32,000 nt of DNA, taken from contig CP104013.1 in the NCBI GenBank assembly GCA_025839675.1, positions 5,190,001 through 5,222,000 of the forward strand, in the 5' to 3' direction. Position 1 is the stretch's first letter. Each line of letters begins with the position of its first letter. The position numbers were made by a program, and so were the translations under genes. Below the pieces are notes generated by a model. It worked only from the letters and a program-made list of their open reading frames with translations. It did not search any database and had not been told where the DNA came from. Of this stretch, positions 23,934-29,449 are shown one piece after another. This DNA is from Candidatus Lokiarchaeum ossiferum. Lineage in GTDB: Archaea > Asgardarchaeota > Lokiarchaeia > Sigyniarchaeales > Promethearchaeaceae.

Positions 23934-24893
23934 ATGAAAATGTTAGTTACCGGTGGAGCGGGTTTTATCGGATCTCATCTTGTGGATTATTTGATTGCGA
24001 AAAATCATGAGGTCATCGTGGTTGATAGTTTGATTGATGGTTATCTTGAAAATATTCAAGGTCATATAGACACAAAAAAGTGTGTGTTTGTTCAAGGGGA
24101 TATTCGCGATAAAGATCTAATTTTAAATCAGCTTCCAGTGGTCGATATGATTTACCATTTAGCAGCGGATCCTGATGTGCGAGCCAGTGTCCCAAATCCT
24201 ATGACTTCCTATGATCACAATATGAATGGAACCATGAATTTGTTGGAGTATATGAGATTAAAAGGAGTGAAGAAGATGGTATTTACGTCTTCTGGAGGAA
24301 CAGTTTATGGAGATGTTGATACTTTTCCGATGACTGAAGAACTAGTCCTTAAACCAATAAGTCCCTATGGTGCTTCGAAGGCTGCTGCTGAAATGTATTT
24401 ATCTGCTTATGCAAATGCCTACAATATCAAAATTGGTGTTGCTCGGTATGCCAATATCTTTGGGGAACGTTCTCGTCATGGAGTCGGTTTTGACTTTTAT
24501 CATCATTTAACAGACAATCCAAAGGAATTGACTATTTTAGGTGATGGTCTTCAACAGAAATCTTATTTACATGTTTCGGATGCTATTAAGGCCACGTATT
24601 TAATTGGAGAATCGCTTGATTCTCAAGAAAAATGGTATGATTATTATAATGTCGGATCGGAAGAATGGAATACCGTTAAAGAAATTGCGTCACTTTTTGA
24701 AAAGGAACTCGGATTGACAGATGTTCACCATAAATTTACCGGTGGAGTTAAAGGATGGGTGGGTGATGTAGCAAAAATGCTATTATCTGTCAAAAAAATC
24801 GAGACACTTGGGTTTTCGGCCCAGGTATCTTTTGAAGAAGGTGTTCATCTGTATTGTGAATGGTTGAAAAAAACATACCCAAAAGAAAACTGA
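23934..24893 (+). CDS. NAD-dependent nucleotide-sugar epimerase/dehydratase (extended SDR, GalE-like)
   Basis: MKMLVTGGAGFIGSHLVDYL gives the Rossmann GxxGxxG motif. SSGGTVYG and PISPYGASKAAAEMY give the catalytic YxxxK. I place the start at ATG 23934; the listed start at 23883 is a TTG, 17 codons upstream of the conserved N-terminus. Confidence 0.85.
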   Translation: MKMLVTGGAGFIGSHLVDYLIAKNHEVIVVDSLIDGYLENIQGHIDTKKCVFVQGDIRDKDLILNQLPVVDMIYHLAADPDVRASVPNPMTSYDHNMNGTMNLLEYMRLKGVKKMVFTSSGGTVYGDVDTFPMTEELVLKPISPYGASKAAAEMYLSAYANAYNIKIGVARYANIFGERSRHGVGFDFYHHLTDNPKELTILGDGLQQKSYLHVSDAIKATYLIGESLDSQEKWYDYYNVGSEEWNTVKEIASLFEKELGLTDVHHKFTGGVKGWVGDVAKMLLSVKKIETLGFSAQVSFEEGVHLYCEWLKKTYPKEN

Positions 24894-25036
24894 GTTTTGA
24901 ATTATTTGAAGAGATTCATTACGATAAATATTGTACCTTTTTTATTTTCTTCTTCTCCATTTTGAGTTGTTTATTCTTTTCTAAGTAAATTTGGGGCTAA
25001 ATTGGATTTAAGTCGGCGAGGATTAATTTTGATGTA

Positions 25037-25051
25037 TTGGAATTATTCCAA
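25037..25051. promoter_or_regulatory. Perfect 7-bp inverted repeat upstream of the archaellin cluster
   Basis: TTGGAAT-T-ATTCCAA read directly from the sequence. It lies about 30 nt upstream of the TATA-like GCTATAAATAAC at 25081-25092. Confidence 0.3.
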
Positions 25052-25229
25052 CGTATTTTCCAAAAAAAAAGGTTTCACCAGCTATAAATAACAAAATCAT
25101 TCTCGATAACTAAGTTCAATACTTCCAGTCTCTGTTCAAACGCGAATAATTTCGATGTCAGGTAATTATCGATGAGTAATTAAAAATCGGGTCTGGAAAC
25201 ACGGACGGTCTTAAAACATGGTGGCAAAC

Positions 25230-25859
25230 ATGATAGAAAACAAATATGTTTCGTATAAACGAAAAAAGCGCTCAAAGTTGCGACGGGCAAGCGAGGGTAT
25301 GACTGCGGCTATTATTTTAATTGCGTTCATTATCACCGCGGCAGGGATTGCATTTGTGATTTTAACAATGGGATCCGAAATGCAGCTCGAGTTAGGAAAT
25401 GTAGGACAAGAAGGGAAAGATGCTGCTTCATCTGCACTTCAAGTCGAAGGTGGAATTGTTACTGGTTATTCTACCGCTGGTACAACTGTTACTGGATTTG
25501 CATTTAATGTCAAACTAGTTCTTCCGACAGGTCAAGTTGATTTGTCTTCGGATGCAATAACTGTTTGGTTGAAAATTGGTTCGGATGAAGAAGTCGAATG
25601 TACTTATGAAGGTGCTGCTTTTTCTACCTTAGCCGCTGCAGGAGCAAATAATGACGATGAATATTACATAGGTTGGCCATCTGGTTCTGGAGATGTAATT
25701 ACTTCCAGTGAAATGGCAAGATTTTATGTTAGTGCAACAACTGCAAACGGTGCCATCGAATCTGAAGATGTAGTCATCATACTAAATACAGGTGTTGCTA
25801 CTTTGAAAATAACTAAAACAATCCCAATTGGATTAGTCACTGGAGTAAACTTACTATAG
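25230..25859 (+). CDS. arlB: Archaellin (archaeal flagellin) 1
   Basis: A basic leader ends in RRASEG. It is followed by MTAAIILIAFIITAAGIAFVILTMG and GQEGKDAASSALQVEGGIVTGY. This is very close to the class-III signal and N-terminal helix of Sulfolobus-type archaellin as I remember it (GLDTAIILIAFIITASVLAYVAINMG ... GEETASTALTLSG). The ATG at 25230 is preceded by GGTGGC; the listed ATG at 25218 overlaps that Shine-Dalgarno-like sequence. Confidence 0.75.
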   Translation: MIENKYVSYKRKKRSKLRRASEGMTAAIILIAFIITAAGIAFVILTMGSEMQLELGNVGQEGKDAASSALQVEGGIVTGYSTAGTTVTGFAFNVKLVLPTGQVDLSSDAITVWLKIGSDEEVECTYEGAAFSTLAAAGANNDDEYYIGWPSGSGDVITSSEMARFYVSATTANGAIESEDVVIILNTGVATLKITKTIPIGLVTGVNLL

Positions 25860-25874
25860 GACAAGGTGAAAAAA

Positions 25875-26495
25875 ATGCAAAACAAATATGTAGAATACAA
25901 ACGTAAAAAACGCTCAAAAGTCAGAAAAGCGAGTGAAGGAATGACTGCTGCAATTATTTTAATTGCTTTCATCATAACAGCTGCGGGAATTGCTTTTGTC
26001 ATCTTAACAATGGGTTCTGAAATGCAACTCGAGTTAGGAAAAGTTGGAAGTGAAGGTAAAGACGCTTCTTCATCTGCAATGCAGGTAGAAGGTGGTATTA
26101 TTACAGGTTATACTGCTGCATCAGCAGTTCAAGCATATGGTTTCAACATCAAGCTGGTGTTATCCACAGGACAAGTAGATTTATCTTCAGATTCTATTAG
26201 TGTATGGTTATCTGTTAACCATGGTGAAGAAACAGATTTAGCTTATGATGCAAATCTCGAAACACTTGCTAATGCAAGTGCTGAAGCAAGTAATGAATAT
26301 GATATAAATTGGTATGATGGAACTGGAGATGTATTAACTGGAAATGAAATGGCTCGATTCCTTATCAGTTCAACCACTGGTGCAACTGAATCTCAAGAAG
26401 TTTTAATTGTGATCAACTCTGGTGTAGCTACTTTAAAAATTGAATTGAGTATTCCAATTGGTCTCGTTGCAGCCGGATCAAATATCTTGCAATAA
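25875..26495 (+). CDS. arlB: Archaellin 2
   Basis: Same N-terminus as archaellin 1 (KRKKRSKVRKASEGMTAAIILIAFIITAAGIAFVILTMGSEMQLELG) and same C-terminal GVATLKI..IPIGLV block, with a divergent middle. The ATG at 25875 lies after GGTGA; the listed GTG at 25866 lies inside that motif. It starts 15 nt after the stop of archaellin 1. Confidence 0.75.
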   Translation: MQNKYVEYKRKKRSKVRKASEGMTAAIILIAFIITAAGIAFVILTMGSEMQLELGKVGSEGKDASSSAMQVEGGIITGYTAASAVQAYGFNIKLVLSTGQVDLSSDSISVWLSVNHGEETDLAYDANLETLANASAEASNEYDINWYDGTGDVLTGNEMARFLISSTTGATESQEVLIVINSGVATLKIELSIPIGLVAAGSNILQ

Positions 26496-26605
26496 TCTTT
26501 TTTAAATAACTTTTTTAATCCATTTGACTTCCTGATTTTTTTAGTTCTCTTTTTGCAATTTTCAAATTTTATTTGTAAAATCAATTAGAATATTTTTAAA
26601 TTTTT

Positions 26606-26617
26606 AACTATAAATAG
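26606..26617 (+). promoter_or_regulatory. TATA-box-like element for archaellin 3
   Basis: AACTATAAATAG lies about 100 nt upstream of the ATG at 26721, which implies a long leader. It is followed by TTCGATGT (26626-26633), an 8-mer that also occurs upstream of archaellin 1 at 25151-25158. Confidence 0.35.
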
Positions 26618-26720
26618 TAATCTTTTTCGATGTACGTAACTCTTATTTCATGATCCTGTTGGGTGGCTCCCTAATAAATGGTTCAAGAAATAAAATAGAT
26701 CAAATATATTGGTGGCTAAT

Positions 26721-27359
26721 ATGAGAAATTTTGGAAAAATACTTTCATTTAGAGATGATATGAAGAAAAAAGCATCTCAGGGAATGACAGCAGCGATTAT
26801 TTTAATTGCATTTATTATAACCGCTTCAGGTATTGCATTTGTTATTTTAAGTCTAGGTACAGAAATGAGTTTGGAGCTAGATAAAATTGGTGAAGAAGGT
26901 AAAAATTCTGCTTCTAGTTCATTTAAAGTCGAAGGAAATATTGTGGTAGGATATGTTGAGGATCCTCAAGGTTCTACTAAAAATATCACAACTTATGTTT
27001 TCAATCTCGCATTGATTCTAGATTCAGGAAAAATTAATATGAAATCAAATGCCATTACCATGTGGATAAAAGTGGGAAGTGCAGAAGAAACAGAACTCTC
27101 GGAAGCTGATTGGAGTGGTGGATATTTAACAGGAGCTCGTGCTTCAATATTAAATCAATATGATATGGAATTTATTAATTCCAATTCGGATGAAATTGCA
27201 GAATCGGGTGAACTTGTTCGCATGTATGTTTCATCTACTGTTGCCCTAGGGGCAGAACCTGGAACTCGAGTGTATATAATTTTAAATTCAGAAACATGCA
27301 CATTGAAAATTAATAAAGTAATCCCAGATGGATTAAATATTGGAAGTAATATGCTCTAG
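26721..27359 (+). CDS. arlB: Archaellin 3 (divergent paralogue)
   Basis: KKASQGMTAAIILIAFIITASGIAFVILSLGTEMSLELDKIGEEGKNSASSSFKVEGNIVVGY, with a C-terminal TLKINKVIPDGL block. The ATG at 26721 is preceded by GGTGGC, as for archaellin 1; the listed TTG is at 26709. Confidence 0.7.
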   Translation: MRNFGKILSFRDDMKKKASQGMTAAIILIAFIITASGIAFVILSLGTEMSLELDKIGEEGKNSASSSFKVEGNIVVGYVEDPQGSTKNITTYVFNLALILDSGKINMKSNAITMWIKVGSAEETELSEADWSGGYLTGARASILNQYDMEFINSNSDEIAESGELVRMYVSSTVALGAEPGTRVYIILNSETCTLKINKVIPDGLNIGSNML

Positions 27360-27514
27360 TGCTCTTTTTAAAAAACTAAATTTCCGATTGAATAAAATCC
27401 ATTTCGAACAATAACTTTTTTTTAGCTATAATAATGGAAGTTTTCTGATTTGAATCTATAATTGATCTAATTTAATCAATTGAAATGTAAATATTTTGAT
27501 TGAAAATAAAAAAA

Positions 27515-28528
27515 TTACGTTAATTGTTCGATACCATCTTCAGTAACTAAGAATGTATGTTCCCATTGAGCTACATAAATGCCTTTTTCTTCCTTTAAGA
27601 CCATGTGTTGACCAATTTTACCAACTGTTGTGAGTTCACGGATAGCAAATTTACCAGTGCGAAATTCCTTCAATAATTCGCGCATGCTGAAAGGTAAGGT
27701 TTTTTTATTATGTGCAATCCATCCCACAACTTTGCGGGTAATTTTGCCACGTAAGGGAACACGATCGGATTTTAGATCATACTCGTAGATATAACAATTT
27801 GACCCACGATGGATATTTCCAGCTCCGGTGCTGGCAAAACATTCTAGCGCGAATACTTCGCCCTCTTCAAACACATCTCCCGTAGGCAAGGCAACGTTTG
27901 GGATTTCTTTAAATCCATGCACTTGGAATTTTTCTAAAGAGTGTCCACTTAATTCCTTAATCGGGTTATATCCGAACCCTTTGATAATTTTGGAGGTCGC
28001 CTTTCCAATTTCGTTGGCTTTCACACCTGGTTTAATTAATGACATGCCCTTTAGAACGGCAGTTTGAACGGCCAAGATGAGATTTTGAGTACTTGGATCG
28101 GTGTTAAAAGACACGGTAAACGCTCCATCGGCCACATAGCCTTCGACCGATACACCAATGTCTATTTTTACTATATCTTCTTCCTTGATTATGGATTCAT
28201 CATCAGGTGGGCTTGAATAATGGGCGGCGACTTCATTCACACAGATATTGGTGGGAAATCCAATTTCACCACCTAACTCAATTATCTTGGCTTCAGTTTT
28301 TTCACAAATATCCAAATATTTGGCTCCCACAATAACTAAGGGTTTGATATATTCAACTACTTGCTTATGAATTTCTCCCGCTTTTCGAAAAGATTCCAAC
28401 CGTAATTTCTGTTCTTTTTCTTCTTCTTCCTTAGCGAGTTTTTCTTCTTCGGTTAATTCTTTCTCAACATTTTCCTCAGCCGCGGCTTCGGTTGGAGTCG
28501 TTTCAATTTTTTTTTCTTCTTCACTCAT
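27515..28528 (-). CDS. map: Methionine aminopeptidase, type 2, with charged N-terminal extension
   Basis: The pita-bread core shows FRKAGEIHKQV, NEVAAHY, VKIDIGVSVEGYVADGAFT, LSGHSL, FALECFAS and AQWEHTFLVT. The type-2 helical insert is present (RVPLRGKITRKVVGWIAHNKKTLPFSMREL). About 45 N-terminal residues are almost entirely E/K/T/A. ATG at 28528; the listed GTG is at 28537. Confidence 0.9.
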   Translation of the reverse strand: MSEEEKKIETTPTEAAAEENVEKELTEEEKLAKEEEEKEQKLRLESFRKAGEIHKQVVEYIKPLVIVGAKYLDICEKTEAKIIELGGEIGFPTNICVNEVAAHYSSPPDDESIIKEEDIVKIDIGVSVEGYVADGAFTVSFNTDPSTQNLILAVQTAVLKGMSLIKPGVKANEIGKATSKIIKGFGYNPIKELSGHSLEKFQVHGFKEIPNVALPTGDVFEEGEVFALECFASTGAGNIHRGSNCYIYEYDLKSDRVPLRGKITRKVVGWIAHNKKTLPFSMRELLKEFRTGKFAIRELTTVGKIGQHMVLKEEKGIYVAQWEHTFLVTEDGIEQLT

Positions 28529-28623
28529 GGTTTTCACTGTGCGATAGTAGGTAAAGTATATAAAGTAAAGGAAGGATTACCCTTTAAATTTACCATCAAA
28601 AATTTTAAGAAGAAAGAAAAAAA

Positions 28624-29280
28624 CTATAGTAAAATTCCTTTGGTTTTAAGTAAATGGTTTATTTTCTTCAATACTATGGCGAATATTTGATCTGGGGATT
28701 GATCGGCATCAATTATGAGATATTTTTCTTTGGGATTGTGTGCAACGATTTCTTTAAAGCCTTTCCGGATTTCATACTGAAAGTTAATTTCTTCAAATTT
28801 ATCCATTTCTTCTTGGTTTTCAGTATTATGGGTAATTCTACGCTTAAGAGCGATTTTAGGATCTATATCAAAGATGATCGTAAAATCTGGGGTCAAACTA
28901 AATTTATTAATTGATTCTATCCACGCCCGATTTATGCCATCATTTTTTCCTTGTATTGATTGATAAATATAGGAAGAATCTCGATATCTATCGGAAATGA
29001 CTAATTTACCGTCATTTAAAGCAGGTAAGATTTCATCATGGCAGTGTTCTATTCTGTCTGCAGCAAAGAGAAGGGCGTCCAGTTGGGGTGGATTTTGATC
29101 CTTTTTCAAATATTTCCGTAAAATTTGCCCTAAATCTCCCTGTGATGGTTCTGTGGTGATGTGTACTTTTTGATTCATTTTTCTAAAATGGTGATATAGG
29201 TTTTTAGCTTGGGTGGATTTACCACATCCATCAATTCCATCAAGAACCAGAAAGAATCCCGCCCAACTTTGTCTAGTCAT
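28624..29280 (-). CDS. tmk: Thymidylate kinase
   Basis: FFLVLDGIDGCGKSTQ gives the P-loop, with TTEPS, DRY and a LID-like region also present. I place the start at ATG 29280 (MTRQSWAGFF...), 17 codons inside the listed ORF, because the conserved N-terminus begins there. Confidence 0.85.
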   Translation of the reverse strand: MTRQSWAGFFLVLDGIDGCGKSTQAKNLYHHFRKMNQKVHITTEPSQGDLGQILRKYLKKDQNPPQLDALLFAADRIEHCHDEILPALNDGKLVISDRYRDSSYIYQSIQGKNDGINRAWIESINKFSLTPDFTIIFDIDPKIALKRRITHNTENQEEMDKFEEINFQYEIRKGFKEIVAHNPKEKYLIIDADQSPDQIFAIVLKKINHLLKTKGILL

Positions 29281-29418
29281 ATTAAAGTGGAAAGAAACAC
29301 CTTTCTTAAACTTACTGCAATATTTGTTCAAGAAAAAATTTTCATATTTGGGCCAATGCTAATTCTACCCTTTAAACGATATTTGATGGACTCCCATTTT
29401 CCGTTTCATTGGGATTGC

Positions 29419-29428
29419 TTATTTAAAT
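29419..29428 (+). promoter_or_regulatory. TATA-box-like element for the large 3'-open ORF
   Basis: TTATTTAAAT is centred about 26 nt upstream of the ATG at 29450, which fits a leaderless transcript. Confidence 0.3.
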
Positions 29429-29449
29429 GATATTTTCTTTGCAAGGAAA

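Noticed and set aside
25296-26040. Near-identical N-terminal coding segments of archaellins 1 and 2 as a possible assembly duplication or recent gene conversion.
   Set aside because: The two DNA segments differ at many third-codon positions while encoding almost the same peptide. This indicates old paralogues under purifying selection rather than an artefact or a recent event.
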